A stretch of DNA of 52,904 bases, from the NCBI GenBank assembly GCA_902795895.1, contig CADBNB010000204.1:1-52904 (forward strand). The letters run 5' to 3'. This document shows positions 37,089 to 47,848 of the stretch, piece by piece (within the stretch, counting starts at the first letter, position 1; every line of letters starts with the position of its first letter). The DNA is from an uncultured Lachnospiraceae bacterium (GTDB lineage Bacteria > Bacillota > Clostridia > Lachnospirales > Lachnospiraceae). The position numbers and the translations under genes were made by a program. A model generated the notes under the pieces. That model was given only the letters and a program-made list of their open reading frames with translations. It did no database searches and was not told the origin of the DNA.

Positions 37089-39974
37089 ATGGCAAAGGAA
37101 AAGAAAGAAAAAGAGAAAAAAGAAAAAAAGCCTAAGAAAGAAAAGGAAGTTGTTGAACTGACTCCGTTTCAGAAAGAAATCAAAGTAGTAGCAGTGATTG
37201 TAGTGGCTATAATCTTTTTATTAAGTTATATTGGAAAAGCAGGAATTATCGGTACTGGCATCAGTTGTTTCATATTTGGAATGTTTGGTGGGGTGGCATT
37301 TTTGTTGCCATTTTACATGGTTGGATTTGCTTTCGTATTTGTAGCCAATAGGGACAATGTACGTATGGTACATAAGTGTTATTGTTCCATAGCGATTGGC
37401 GTTATTTTTATGTCTATCTGGCATTTGGTTTGTAATCAGGATGTGTATACATTAAATCCGGTGGAATTATTTGAAAACTCTTCTAAGAACCATTTCTGGG
37501 GTGGCGGCGGAGTTGTTGGCGGTATGATTGGAAATATATTGGCAGATCTTTTTGGCGAAATAGGTGCGTTTATTGTGCTGCTTGCGCTGTTTGCCATTGC
37601 CTTTATGTTTATTACAGAAAAACAAATCATGCACCATTTAAAGAAAAAGGGTCTTGAAACCTACGAAAAAATCAAAGAAAATGCAAATGATGACGGAACA
37701 AAAGAGGAATATTTGCCACAGAGTGAGACGGTTGATAAGGCCGAAAAAAGAAGTTCTAGTGGAACAGGTCTTGCGGGACATTTCTTTAATTTTAAAAAAG
37801 CATTGCAAAGTGATGAGGAGGATTTTGATCCGATTGAGGAAGAAGTGCAGAATGACGAAATATCACTATCGGGTGATATGAAAGAAATTACTGCGCAGTT
37901 GACATCGGAGGATGGTACGGAAAGTGCTTTGGAAAGTGGAGAAGAACAGTCTTTATTAGCTGAGGAAGTACAGGAACAACAGGAAGAAAAAGATCCTTTT
38001 GCAGATTTGATAATCAATCGGGGCGAGGCACATCAGGAAGTTAACAGTACTCCTGAGCAGTCGGAAATTGCAGTGGAGCATTTGGATAGAGAACCACAGA
38101 CGGTTCCAATTCATCAGCAGGAATTACTGAATAAGTTTTCAAATGTGGAAGAACCTGCAATGACAGAGATTGCATCTGAAACAGGAAGTAATTTGCCACA
38201 GGAAAGTGAAGATGACTTCTTTATGGCAATGGAAAATAATTTAAAAGAATACGTGGATTCAGACTTTACGGATGATGTATTTGAAATAAAAAAAGAAAAT
38301 GACGGTGAAGGTGTGGTAATGGATGGTGTGGATGAAGAAAATTACCAATTACCTGAAGAAGCTATTCGTCAGTTACAGCAATCAAGTACAAAGCAGAATG
38401 TTTCTCCAAGTGACGGGTTTGTGAGCGTGGATTCACCTGCTGGGTTTGTTCAGATTCCTACTGCATCAGCAAAGCCTTTAAATAGTCCAAAACCGGCACC
38501 AAAGAAAAAGAAGAAATACATATTCCCGACTCCGGAACTGTTAGACAGACCAGAGAAGACAGCCGATGGCATTTCGGATGAAAGTTTGAAAGCAAATGCA
38601 AAGAAATTGCAAGATACGTTGCAGAGTTTTGGAGTAGGTGCAAGGGTTGTAAATGTAAGTTGTGGACCTACGGTTACTCGTTTTGAATTACAGCCGGATC
38701 AGGGTGTTAAAGTTAGCAAAATTACAGCTTTGGCAGATGATATTAAACTTAACATGGCAGCAGAAGAGATACGTATCGAAGCACCAATCCCTGGAAAAGC
38801 GGCAGTTGGTATTGAGATACCAAATGAGACAAATGCCATGGTTCATTTTAGAGATTTGGTAGAAAATTCGAAGTTTAAAAAACATAAATCAAAGATATCT
38901 TTTGCTGTTGGAAAAGATATTGGCGGTCAGGTAGTGGTATCTGATATTGCAAAGATGCCTCACTTATTGATTGCTGGTGCTACAGGTTCCGGAAAGTCAG
39001 TTTGTATCAATACGTTGATCATGAGTATTTTATACAAGGCAGATCCCGAAGATGTAAAACTTATCATGATTGATCCGAAAGTAGTAGAGCTAAGTTGCTA
39101 TAAGGGTATTCCACATTTGCTCATTCCGGTTGTTACGGAACCGAAAAAAGCATCCGCTGCGCTTCAGTGGGCAGTTATGGAGATGACGGAACGTTACAAC
39201 AAGTTTGCAGAGCTTGGAGTACGAGACTTGGTAGGTTACAATGAAAGAATTAAAGCTGTGGAGTATGCACAGGATGAGAGATTCCAAAAGTTACCACAGA
39301 TTGTGATTATTGTAGACGAGTTGGCAGATTTGATGATGGTTGCTTCCAAAGAAGTAGAAGATGCGATTTGCCGTTTGGCACAGCTTGCCAGAGCTGCAGG
39401 TATTCATTTGGTAATTGCTACACAGAGACCTTCTGTCAACGTCATCACTGGTCTTATCAAGGCAAATGTTCCATCAAGAATTGCTTTTGCAGTATCTTCT
39501 GCCGTAGACTCAAGAACGATTTTAGATGGTGCAGGGGCAGAAAAATTGCTTGGAAAGGGAGATATGTTATTCTATCCATCCGGTTTCCCAAAACCTGTCC
39601 GTGTACAGGGTGCATTTGTTTCGGATGATGAAGTAAACCGCGTAGTATCATACATCATTGAGAAAAATGAATGTGAGGAAAATCAGGAAGCAATTCAGAT
39701 TGAACAGTCTATCATGTCTGTGTCAACTGCCGGTGAAGGTGGTCGTGGTGCAGATAATTCAAATGATGATTATTTTATTGATGCAGGTAAGTTTATCATA
39801 GAGAAGAATAAGGCATCCATCGGAATGCTTCAGCGCGTGTATAAGATTGGATTTAACCGTGCAGCAAGAATTATGGATCAGCTTTGTGACGCTGGAGTTG
39901 TAGGTCCGGAAGAAGGCACGAAGCCTAGAAAAGTTCTTATGACCATGGAGGAGTTTGAAAACTATCTTTCTTAA
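37089..39974 (+). CDS. ftsK: DNA translocase FtsK/SpoIIIE
   Basis: N-terminal TM helices, a long acidic linker, a motor domain (Walker A GATGSGKS, Walker [13 protein letters not shown]) and a C-terminal gamma winged helix ([22 protein letters not shown]). Confidence 0.96.
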   Translation: MAKEKKEKEKKEKKPKKEKEVVELTPFQKEIKVVAVIVVAIIFLLSYIGKAGIIGTGISCFIFGMFGGVAFLLPFYMVGFAFVFVANRDNVRMVHKCYCSIAIGVIFMSIWHLVCNQDVYTLNPVELFENSSKNHFWGGGGVVGGMIGNILADLFGEIGAFIVLLALFAIAFMFITEKQIMHHLKKKGLETYEKIKENANDDGTKEEYLPQSETVDKAEKRSSSGTGLAGHFFNFKKALQSDEEDFDPIEEEVQNDEISLSGDMKEITAQLTSEDGTESALESGEEQSLLAEEVQEQQEEKDPFADLIINRGEAHQEVNSTPEQSEIAVEHLDREPQTVPIHQQELLNKFSNVEEPAMTEIASETGSNLPQESEDDFFMAMENNLKEYVDSDFTDDVFEIKKENDGEGVVMDGVDEENYQLPEEAIRQLQQSSTKQNVSPSDGFVSVDSPAGFVQIPTASAKPLNSPKPAPKKKKKYIFPTPELLDRPEKTADGISDESLKANAKKLQDTLQSFGVGARVVNVSCGPTVTRFELQPDQGVKVSKITALADDIKLNMAAEEIRIEAPIPGKAAVGIEIPNETNAMVHFRDLVENSKFKKHKSKISFAVGKDIGGQVVVSDIAKMPHLLIAGATGSGKSVCINTLIMSILYKADPEDVKLIMIDPKVVELSCYKGIPHLLIPVVTEPKKASAALQWAVMEMTERYNKFAELGVRDLVGYNERIKAVEYAQDERFQKLPQIVIIVDELADLMMVASKEVEDAICRLAQLARAAGIHLVIATQRPSVNVITGLIKANVPSRIAFAVSSAVDSRTILDGAGAEKLLGKGDMLFYPSGFPKPVRVQGAFVSDDEVNRVVSYIIEKNECEENQEAIQIEQSIMSVSTAGEGGRGADNSNDDYFIDAGKFIIEKNKASIGMLQRVYKIGFNRAARIMDQLCDAGVVGPEEGTKPRKVLMTMEEFENYLS

Positions 39975-39994
39975 AGATAGGGGAAGGAGCTGGC

Positions 39995-40891
39995 ATGAAA
40001 GCGTGGCTTGTTGTAAATGCCTTTTTAAATCAAACGAAATTTAATGAAATTCACCAGTGGCTATACGATGCAGGGAGAAATCATGACGTTGAGATTGAAA
40101 TAAAATCGAACGCTCAGTTAATTTCTGCATGTATAGATGGGGAGCTTGCTTTAAACATGCAGGCTCCCATGGTGGATTTCGTTTTGTTTTGGGACAAAGA
40201 TGTGTTGTTGGCAAAAACATTGGAAGACATGGGCTATCGGGTGTTTAATTCGTCTTTTGCCATTGAGGTTTGCGATAACAAGAGTTTAACTCATATTCAT
40301 TTGGCAAAGGAACATATTCCTATGCCGGATACGATTATGGCGCCTATGACATATGCCAATATTGGTTATTCAGATATGGAATTTTTACAGTCTGTAGAAA
40401 AACGCCTTGGATTTCCGATGGTTGTAAAAGAAAGTTTTGGTTCCTTTGGACAGCAGGTGTATTTGTGCAAAGATTTGGTGGAGTTGGAAAGACTTGTAAA
40501 AAAACTGGAAGGTAAATCATTTTTGTTTCAAAAGTTCATCAAAGAGGCTGAGTGTAGAGATTATCGCTTACAGGTAGTGGGTGATAAAGTGGTGGCAGCC
40601 ATGGAGAGAACAGCAAAAAATGGAGATTTTCGTGCAAATATTACCAATGGCGGTTCTATGAAACAATATGTGCCTACAAAAGAAGAAGAACAGTTGGCTG
40701 TTAAGTGTTGTGAAATCCTTAAGGCTGATTTTGCGGGTGTAGACCTTATGAAAGGCGAAGATGGAAAGGTACTTGTTTGTGAAGTTAATTCCAATGCACA
40801 TTTTAAAAACATATTTGATTGCACCGGAGTAAATACGGCTGATTACATTATGGAACATTTATTGAGTGTATTAGAAAGGCATCATTCATGA
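39995..40891 (+). CDS. RimK-family ATP-grasp ligase
   Basis: FQKFIKEAECRDYRLQVVGDKVVAAMERTAKNGDFRANITNGG...AGVDLM...VCEVNSN tracks the E. coli RimK C-terminal half closely. It starts 20 nt after the ftsK stop. Confidence 0.85.
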   Translation: MKAWLVVNAFLNQTKFNEIHQWLYDAGRNHDVEIEIKSNAQLISACIDGELALNMQAPMVDFVLFWDKDVLLAKTLEDMGYRVFNSSFAIEVCDNKSLTHIHLAKEHIPMPDTIMAPMTYANIGYSDMEFLQSVEKRLGFPMVVKESFGSFGQQVYLCKDLVELERLVKKLEGKSFLFQKFIKEAECRDYRLQVVGDKVVAAMERTAKNGDFRANITNGGSMKQYVPTKEEEQLAVKCCEILKADFAGVDLMKGEDGKVLVCEVNSNAHFKNIFDCTGVNTADYIMEHLLSVLERHHS

Positions 40892-41760
40892 AAAAAGTAA
40901 AAGGTTGGCTAGTCTATGACCAGGCTGGGGCTGAATATAATAAACAATATATCAATATGCATATGGCTGAGGCGAAGATTTGCGATATTGAACTGGAGCT
41001 TAAATTCGCCGAAAACATATGTATAGAAGCTAGTGGAGTAAAAAAGACAGTTAAATATGATGGCAAGTCGGAAGCATTGCCTGACTTTGTGATTTGCAGA
41101 ACTATCAATCCAAAGTTATCAAAAGAATTAGAAGATTGTGGGATTAAAGTGTTTAACAATTCAAAAGTTTCCGAAATTGCCAATGATAAAGAAAAAGCGT
41201 ATACTTATCTGGAACAGTTTAAGATACCAATGCTTTCACATATTCCTTATTGTAATGAAGCATTTAAGGAACATTACCATTCCATTCCTGACGGATGGGT
41301 AATCAAAGCAGTGGCAGGTCACGGTGGCAATCAGGTGTTCTTAAAAGGTACCGACAAGGAAGATGATATACGTCTTGGTATCGGCGAGTGTGATGTAGTG
41401 ACGCAACCGTTGTTTGATGAGTCGATGCAGGATGTGAGAGTGTATGTTATTGGTAATGAAATTATCTGTGCTATAAGAAGAACTGCAGTAGGCGGATTTA
41501 AGTCAAACTTTTCACTTGGAGGTTCGGTTGATGTATATGAATTGTCCGAGGAACAAAAAAGTGTAGTAAATATGGTAATCAAACAGTTCGATTTTGGATT
41601 GGTTGGTATAGATTTCCTTATTGGAAAAGATGGCAGATTTATTTTTAATGAAATTGAAGATGTGGTAGGAGCGCGAATGCTCTATAAACTGACGGATATC
41701 AATCTGGTTCGTTTGTATCTTCAGTTTATAATAAATAAATGTGTTCATAGGGGTTTATGA
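40888..41760 (+). CDS. Second, more divergent RimK-like ATP-grasp ligase
   Basis: ATGA overlap with the upstream ligase gene. It contains VRVYVIGNEIICAIRRTAVGGFKSNFSLGG...VGIDFL...FNEIE. Confidence 0.8.
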   Translation: MKKVKGWLVYDQAGAEYNKQYINMHMAEAKICDIELELKFAENICIEASGVKKTVKYDGKSEALPDFVICRTINPKLSKELEDCGIKVFNNSKVSEIANDKEKAYTYLEQFKIPMLSHIPYCNEAFKEHYHSIPDGWVIKAVAGHGGNQVFLKGTDKEDDIRLGIGECDVVTQPLFDESMQDVRVYVIGNEIICAIRRTAVGGFKSNFSLGGSVDVYELSEEQKSVVNMVIKQFDFGLVGIDFLIGKDGRFIFNEIEDVVGARMLYKLTDINLVRLYLQFIINKCVHRGL

Positions 41761-41871
41761 CAAAAAATGCAGATAAATGCTATATTGCATTTAGTATTGG
41801 GAATAGTGTGTTAGTGCTTGCATAGAAGAAACTATGCGAAGCAAACTTAAATTAAAAAAGTTGGTGTAAAG

Positions 41872-42048
41872 ATGGAGTCAAATTGCGAATTATGCATGAA
41901 TTACGTATATGATGAAGAATTTGAATATTATGTATGTGATATGGATTTAGATCAGGATGATATGGGAAAGTTTCTTACGGATACTTTTTCGGATTGTCCA
42001 TATTTTAAAATGGGTGATGAGTATAAGATTGTGCGTAAACAGATGTAA
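41872..42048 (+). CDS. Small acidic four-Cys protein (58 aa, not in the supplied ORF track)
   Basis: Hand translation gives MESNCELCMNYVYDEEFEYYVCDMDLDQDDMGKFLTDTFSDCPYFKMGDEYKIVRKQM, with a GGTG RBS. It has a CxxC plus two further Cys. It resembles what I recall as the DUF6472 family, but I have not verified that. Confidence 0.6.
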   Translation: MESNCELCMNYVYDEEFEYYVCDMDLDQDDMGKFLTDTFSDCPYFKMGDEYKIVRKQM

Positions 42049-42065
42049 AGACTTGTTTGGAGGCA

Positions 42066-42758
42066 ATGGGAGTGGAAAAAACAGAAAAAAAGAAGTCAGA
42101 ATATAGTAGCATTTACCTGTTTATGGGCGTGTTATTTGTTGCGATGTTATTATTTACGGGAGAACAAAGAATTGCGGATATAAGGCAGCAGATGCTTTCT
42201 GTACAGGCAGAGGAGCAACAAAAGGCGGCAGAAAAAGAGAAGAAAAGACTTGCGTCTCTTTCAAAGCATGAAAAGAAAAGCGTTCCCCATTTTTACCAAT
42301 GGGACAGCAGATGGAAAAATCAAAGATATGCCAGAGGTAATATTGGTTCTTCCGGTTGTGGACCTACCTGCTTGTCTATGGTTGCAGTGTATCTTTTAGG
42401 GGATGATGATTTTACACCAAGTTGGATGGCAACCTACAGTACCCAAAATGGATATATTTATGGAGGCGGTACTGCTTGGAAGATGATGGATGAGGGAGCA
42501 AGAAGACTTGGTATTTCTGTGAAACAGATCCGTGCCAATGAAAAAGAAATGAAAAAACATCTGGATAAAGAGCGGGTTATGATTTGCAGTATGCGGCCGG
42601 GAGATTTTACAAGATGTGGTCATTTTATCGTGATTTCAGGGTATGATGAGGATGGATTTATTGTAAATGATCCAAACAGCAAGGTAAATAGTGGAAAAAG
42701 ATGGAAATTTAGTCGTATCAAAGGACAGATTAAAAATACCTGGGTGTATTGGATGTAA
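42066..42758 (+). CDS. Membrane-anchored C39-like (Peptidase_C39_2) cysteine peptidase domain protein
   Basis: N-terminal TM helix IYLFMGVLFVAMLLF. The putative catalytic residues are Cys in SSGCGPTCLSMV, His in CGHFIVISG and Asp/Asn in VNDPN. The start is ambiguous (TTG 42057, ATG 42066 or GTG 42072). Confidence 0.78.
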   Translation: MGVEKTEKKKSEYSSIYLFMGVLFVAMLLFTGEQRIADIRQQMLSVQAEEQQKAAEKEKKRLASLSKHEKKSVPHFYQWDSRWKNQRYARGNIGSSGCGPTCLSMVAVYLLGDDDFTPSWMATYSTQNGYIYGGGTAWKMMDEGARRLGISVKQIRANEKEMKKHLDKERVMICSMRPGDFTRCGHFIVISGYDEDGFIVNDPNSKVNSGKRWKFSRIKGQIKNTWVYWM

Positions 42759-42798
42759 TACGAAACAATACTGAAATCATAACAATTTTGAAATCGTT

Positions 42799-42827
42799 TT
42801 GACAGGATTTAGAATGTCTGTTATAAT
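42799..42827 (+). promoter_or_regulatory. Consensus sigma-70 promoter of fhs
   Basis: TTGACA (42799-42804), a 17-nt spacer, then TATAAT (42822-42827). Confidence 0.65.
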
Positions 42828-42931
42828 ACAAACTTAGTTACTATACGTAAAATAAGTTGCTGTTTTGTCGAAAGATTGCACTTGCATTCTCAAATCAGTC
42901 TACTTTAGTAATAAATTTGGAGGTAATCAGA

Positions 42932-44602
42932 TTGAAAACAGATATCGAAATCGCTCAGGAAGCCAATATGCTTCCGATTCAAGAAGTAACAAAGAAACTT
43001 GACATTACTATGGATGACTTGGAATTGTACGGAAAGTACAAAGCAAAACTTTCTGATGAATTGTGGAACCGTGTAAAAGACAACAAGGATGGAAAGTTAA
43101 TTCTTGTAACTGCAATCAATCCAACACCTGCTGGTGAAGGAAAGACTACAGTAACAGTAGGTCTTGGACAGGCATTTGGAAAACTAAATAAAAAATCTGT
43201 CATTGCACTTCGTGAGCCATCACTTGGACCATGTTTTGGTATCAAAGGTGGAGCAGCAGGTGGCGGAAATTCACAGGTTGTACCTATGGAAGATTTGAAC
43301 CTTCATTTTACTGGAGATTTTCATGCTATTACTTCAGCAAATAACTTATTAGCTGCAATGCTTGATAATCATTTAAAACAGGGAAATGCGTTAAATATCG
43401 ATACAAACCAGATTGTTTGGAAACGTTGTGTAGATATGAACGACCGTGTTCTTAGAAATATTGTAGTAGGTCTTGGAAGACCTGTAGATGGTGTTGTTCG
43501 TGAAGATCACTTTATTATTACCGTTGCATCTGAGATCATGGCTATTCTTTGTCTTGCAAGTGATATGCATGACTTGAAAGAAAGACTTGGAAAAATTATT
43601 GTGGCTTATACATTTGATGGACAGCCAGTAACTGCAAAAGAATTAAATGCAGTAGGTGCTATGGCGGCGTTGTTAAAGGATGCTATTAAGCCAAACGTAA
43701 TTCAGACATTGGAAAATACACCTGCATTGGTTCATGGTGGACCATTTGCTAACATTGCACATGGATGTAACTCTGTTCGTGCTACAAAGACAGCGTTGAA
43801 ACTTGCTGATTATGTAGTGACAGAAGCAGGATTTGGTGCAGACCTTGGTGCTGAGAAATTTATGGATATTAAGTGCCGTATGGCTGGATTAAAGCCATCT
43901 GCAGTTGTATTGGTAGCTACTGTACGTGCTCTTAAGTACAATGGTGGCGTTCCAAAGGATCAGCTTAACAACGAGAATTTAGATGCATTAAAGAAGGGTA
44001 TTGTAAACCTTGAAAAGCATATTGAAAACGTTCAGAAGTTTGGAGTACCATGTGTTGTTACATTGAATCAGTTTATTACTGATACAGAGGCTGAACTTAA
44101 CTTTGTAAAGGAATTCTGTGAAGCAAGAGGATGCGAATTCGCACCTGCCCAGGTTTGGGAAAAAGGTGGCGAAGGCGGAATTGCATTAGCTGAAAAAGTA
44201 ATTGAAACATGCGAGAAGAAAGAAAGCAATTACAAGCCATTGTATGATGTAAATCAGCCAATCAAAGCTAAAATCGAAACCATTGCAAAAGAAATCTATG
44301 GTGCTGGTTCAGTTACTTATGATGCAGCAGCTAGTAAAGCAATTGAGAGATTAGAAGAGTTAGGATATGGTAACTTACCTGTTTGTATGGCTAAGAACCA
44401 GTATTCATTGTCAGACGATCCTAAGAAGTTAGGTCGTCCAACAGACTTTAACATGAATATTCGTGAAGTTTACGTAAATGCAGGAGCAGGATTTGTTGTA
44501 GCAATTACAGGAACTGTTATGACTATGCCTGGACTTCCATTACATCCTGCAGCAGAGCGTATTGATGTAAATGATGATGGAGTAATCACAGGATTATTCT
44601 AG
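42932..44602 (+). CDS. fhs: Formate--tetrahydrofolate ligase
   Basis: Typical FTHFS sequence ([38 protein letters not shown]). The TTG start at 42932 lies 8 nt after a GGAGG RBS and gives the canonical N-terminus. Confidence 0.97.
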   Translation: MKTDIEIAQEANMLPIQEVTKKLDITMDDLELYGKYKAKLSDELWNRVKDNKDGKLILVTAINPTPAGEGKTTVTVGLGQAFGKLNKKSVIALREPSLGPCFGIKGGAAGGGNSQVVPMEDLNLHFTGDFHAITSANNLLAAMLDNHLKQGNALNIDTNQIVWKRCVDMNDRVLRNIVVGLGRPVDGVVREDHFIITVASEIMAILCLASDMHDLKERLGKIIVAYTFDGQPVTAKELNAVGAMAALLKDAIKPNVIQTLENTPALVHGGPFANIAHGCNSVRATKTALKLADYVVTEAGFGADLGAEKFMDIKCRMAGLKPSAVVLVATVRALKYNGGVPKDQLNNENLDALKKGIVNLEKHIENVQKFGVPCVVTLNQFITDTEAELNFVKEFCEARGCEFAPAQVWEKGGEGGIALAEKVIETCEKKESNYKPLYDVNQPIKAKIETIAKEIYGAGSVTYDAAASKAIERLEELGYGNLPVCMAKNQYSLSDDPKKLGRPTDFNMNIREVYVNAGAGFVVAITGTVMTMPGLPLHPAAERIDVNDDGVITGLF

Positions 44603-44611
44603 GTTATATAT

Positions 44612-44650
44612 AGGAGATGCAGAGCGAAAGTTTTGCATCTCCTCTGTTTT
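44612..44650 (+). terminator. Rho-independent terminator after fhs
   Basis: AGGAGATGCA (44612-44621) / TGCATCTCCT (44634-44643) followed by CTGTTTT. Confidence 0.8.
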
Positions 44651-44787
44651 AATGTGATGGGAAATTACAAGCAAAACTCTTTGTAAGGAAAATCCGATAT
44701 ATATAATGTTCTCTCGAAATTATTGTATAAAGTGATTTTGAGAGAATGAATATGGAGTGTTAGATTGCTGTTTTAGGGGGAGTTTAC

Positions 44788-46740
44788 ATGAAGAGAAAAC
44801 ATTGCATGAAAAAGAAATTGATTTATAGAATTGTTGCCATATGTTGTATAGTTGTACTGCTTGGGATGAACCTATGTGGTTACATTGAGTATGATGTTTT
44901 ACATCAATGCAAAAAAAAGCCAATCATTCATGCGGCAACTACAATTTCTACAACAGAGAATATAAAATCGCTAGGAATTGATGTAAGTAAATATCAAAAA
45001 AACATTGATTGGGAAAAGGTGAAAAATGATGGTATAAAATTTGCCATTCTTCGGTGCGGAATAGGGCAGGATATAGTGTCACAGGATGATACATATTACG
45101 AAAAAAATGTTTCCGGCTGTGTTTCGCAAAATATTCCATACGGAGTGTATATTTATTCTTATGCAAATACAGTGGAAAAAGCTGTTGGTGAAGCAAATCA
45201 TGTACTTCGTTTAGTGGAAGGTAAAAATCTTTCATATCCTATTTACTACGATATGGAGGATAAATCCATTCTTAAGGATTCTGATGGCAATTCAAATTCA
45301 AAAGAAACCATAGGAAAGATTGCAGAGGCATTTGTAACAACTATTGAAAATGCAGGATATAAAGCAGCTATTTATTCAGGTTATTCTTTTGCTAATACGA
45401 ATCTTACAAACAAGAGATTTAAAACCATGGATTTTTGGGTGGCAAGATACAATGTATATTGCAGATACAGCCGCCCGTATCAGATGTGGCAGTTTACTTC
45501 TGATGGGCAGGTAGACGGTATATCTGGTAGGGTAGATATGAATTATACTATTGGAACGGATAATCTGGTACCGATTACAGGTGCATCTTTTGCTAATAGC
45601 AATGTGAATATACAAGTCGGACAAGTGACGGAGCTTACATATGAGATAGTACCTAAAAATGCATATAATAAAAACATGGTTTGGAGCAGTAGTAATGAGG
45701 ACGTTGTTTCTGTGTTAGACGGAAAGGTTATGGGCTTGAAACAGGGAATGGCGACAATTACGGCAAAATCTGAGGAAAATGGTAATGTTGTTGTGAACTG
45801 CACCGTATGTGTTCAGATGGGGGATGAGACAGAAGGAGAATCTGTAGTAATCGTGGATGACTCAAACAATCCTGACAAAACTAACACTTCTACGGTGGTT
45901 CCTTCAACAAATCAACCGATAGTCACAGGTGCAGCAGTAACTACGGAAAGTGCGACGGTAGCACCAAGTGTAACAAAATTACCTGCTACAGAGGTACCAA
46001 GCGTTGTTACTAGCGCAACCATTTCACCAAAACCACAAAATGATGATGAAAGAGACTGGATTGTGGATATTGAAACACCACAACCGGCTCCAAATACGGC
46101 TACACCAAAGCCGACAAAAATACCGGCAACAGCAACACCTAATGTACCTAAAGTTGAAGTGGGAGCTCCGAAGAATTTTACTTTTACTGCTGTTTCAAAA
46201 AATGAAATAAAATTGAACTGGTCGAAAGTGTCGAAAGCAAATGGTTATATCGTGTATGGATATGATAGTAGCTCGAAGAAATATGTGAAGTTACAATCAT
46301 TAGACGCTAAGTCGGTAGAATGTACAATCAAAAAAATAGACGGGAAAAAATTAAGTCCGGGAACGAAGTACAAATTCCAAATAAGAGCATATCAAACGAA
46401 AGATAATGAAAAATATTATGGAAAATATGTGAAGCAAACTGCAATTACAAAGCCTGATAATGTAAAGATAACAAGTACGAAACGATTGAGTTCGAAAAAG
46501 GCTAAAATTACTTGGAAAAAAATTAGTAAAGCAGATGGTTATATTGTGTATATTTCCACTAAGAAGTATGGTTTGTATCAAGTCGCAGCAACAGTTAAAG
46601 GAAAATCAAAGAAAACATGTATGATTAAAAATCTAAAAAAAGGTGTGAAATATTATGTACATGTCATTGCTTATCAGGAATATCAGAATGTAGTACGTTA
46701 TGGAGGTTATTATGCTACAAAAACAATAAAGAAAAAATAA
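44788..46740 (+). CDS. Secreted GH25 muramidase (lysozyme) with a Big_2 domain, a Pro/Thr-rich linker and two FN3-like repeats
   Basis: The GH25 start is GIDVSKYQKNIDWEKVKNDGIKFAILRCG and DFWVARY. The Big_2-like segment is VSVLDGKVMGLKQGMATITA. A P/T-rich linker follows. Two paralogous repeats of about 95 aa are present (KLNWSKVSKANGYIVY and KITWKKISKADGYIVY). Confidence 0.88.
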   Translation: MKRKHCMKKKLIYRIVAICCIVVLLGMNLCGYIEYDVLHQCKKKPIIHAATTISTTENIKSLGIDVSKYQKNIDWEKVKNDGIKFAILRCGIGQDIVSQDDTYYEKNVSGCVSQNIPYGVYIYSYANTVEKAVGEANHVLRLVEGKNLSYPIYYDMEDKSILKDSDGNSNSKETIGKIAEAFVTTIENAGYKAAIYSGYSFANTNLTNKRFKTMDFWVARYNVYCRYSRPYQMWQFTSDGQVDGISGRVDMNYTIGTDNLVPITGASFANSNVNIQVGQVTELTYEIVPKNAYNKNMVWSSSNEDVVSVLDGKVMGLKQGMATITAKSEENGNVVVNCTVCVQMGDETEGESVVIVDDSNNPDKTNTSTVVPSTNQPIVTGAAVTTESATVAPSVTKLPATEVPSVVTSATISPKPQNDDERDWIVDIETPQPAPNTATPKPTKIPATATPNVPKVEVGAPKNFTFTAVSKNEIKLNWSKVSKANGYIVYGYDSSSKKYVKLQSLDAKSVECTIKKIDGKKLSPGTKYKFQIRAYQTKDNEKYYGKYVKQTAITKPDNVKITSTKRLSSKKAKITWKKISKADGYIVYISTKKYGLYQVAATVKGKSKKTCMIKNLKKGVKYYVHVIAYQEYQNVVRYGGYYATKTIKKK

Positions 46741-46864
46741 AAAATGTAAAAAAACACGTAAAAATGTAAAAAAAATAAATGAAAAAAGACCAATAATGTG
46801 ATAAACTTTTCTTGGCTTTTGAATTTGTGTATAAAGATAAAAATGAAAGGAAAAGAAAGTAAAA

Positions 46865-47848
46865 ATGAAAAGAGAGATAACAAGTGAAGAATTAGGACGT
46901 TCAAATCAAATTATCCAAAATATTATGCGGTATTTTGACAGTAAAGTTGTTGGACAATCATATTTAGGATATTCGATGTTGATTGCAACTATGACAAATG
47001 GCCATATTTTGCTGGAATCTGTTCCAGGACTTGCAAAGACTACGGCAGCAAAAACAATTACAGAAGCTGTTGACGCTGAGTTTTCAAGAATTCAGTGTAC
47101 ACCGGATTTGCTGCCTAGTGATATTATTGGTACGCAAACATACAATATGAAGGACAATACCTTCGAAACTAAAATTGGTCCGGTAAATGCAAATTTTGTG
47201 TTATTGGACGAAATTAACCGTTCCAGTGCTAAGACACAGAGTGCGATGTTGGAAGCGATGCAGGAGCGTGTTGTTACAATTGGAGGTAATAGTTTTCAGC
47301 TGCCAAATCCATTTGTAGTAATTGCAACACAAAATCCTGTGGAACAGGAAGGAACATATGAATTGGCAGAGGCTCAGTTGGATCGTTTTCTTCTTAAGGT
47401 GAAATTAACATATCCAACACCAGAGCAGGAAATTGAAATTCTAAACCGTTTAGAAGCCGGAATATTTGACAACAGTAGTGTAGTAGCAAGTTTGGATGAT
47501 ATCAGATTTTTACAGTCGATTTGTAAAGAAGTGTATATAGATCCAGTAATCAAACGTTATATTGTAGATATTGTTCAAGCGTCAAGAAACGTGGAAAAAT
47601 ATATACCAAATGAATTGTCTCAATATGTGGCTATGGGAGCTAGTACGCGAGCAAGTATCGCATTTATGGAAGTTGCAAGAGCTGTGGCTTTGACAAATGG
47701 AAGAGCATATTGTACGCCGGAGGATGTGAGAGCTATGAGTCGGTCGATTTTAGGACATCGAATTCAGTTAAACTTTGCCGCTATGGCAGACGGAATTCAG
47801 GCGGAACAAATTGTGGATGCGATTATAGGTTCGGTGAGAACACCATGA
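46865..47848 (+). CDS. MoxR-family AAA+ ATPase
   Basis: GHILLESVPGLAKTT (Walker A), VLLDEINR (Walker B), QNPVEQEGTYELAEAQLDRF and the C-terminal lid. Confidence 0.93.
   Translation: MKREITSEELGRSNQIIQNIMRYFDSKVVGQSYLGYSMLIATMTNGHILLESVPGLAKTTAAKTITEAVDAEFSRIQCTPDLLPSDIIGTQTYNMKDNTFETKIGPVNANFVLLDEINRSSAKTQSAMLEAMQERVVTIGGNSFQLPNPFVVIATQNPVEQEGTYELAEAQLDRFLLKVKLTYPTPEQEIEILNRLEAGIFDNSSVVASLDDIRFLQSICKEVYIDPVIKRYIVDIVQASRNVEKYIPNELSQYVAMGASTRASIAFMEVARAVALTNGRAYCTPEDVRAMSRSILGHRIQLNFAAMADGIQAEQIVDAIIGSVRTP

Noticed and set aside
42828-42931. ZTP (pfl) or THF riboswitch in the fhs leader
   Set aside because: The leader of about 100 nt is AT-rich and lacks the GC-rich conserved cores of either class. 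A consensus promoter and the RBS account for the region.
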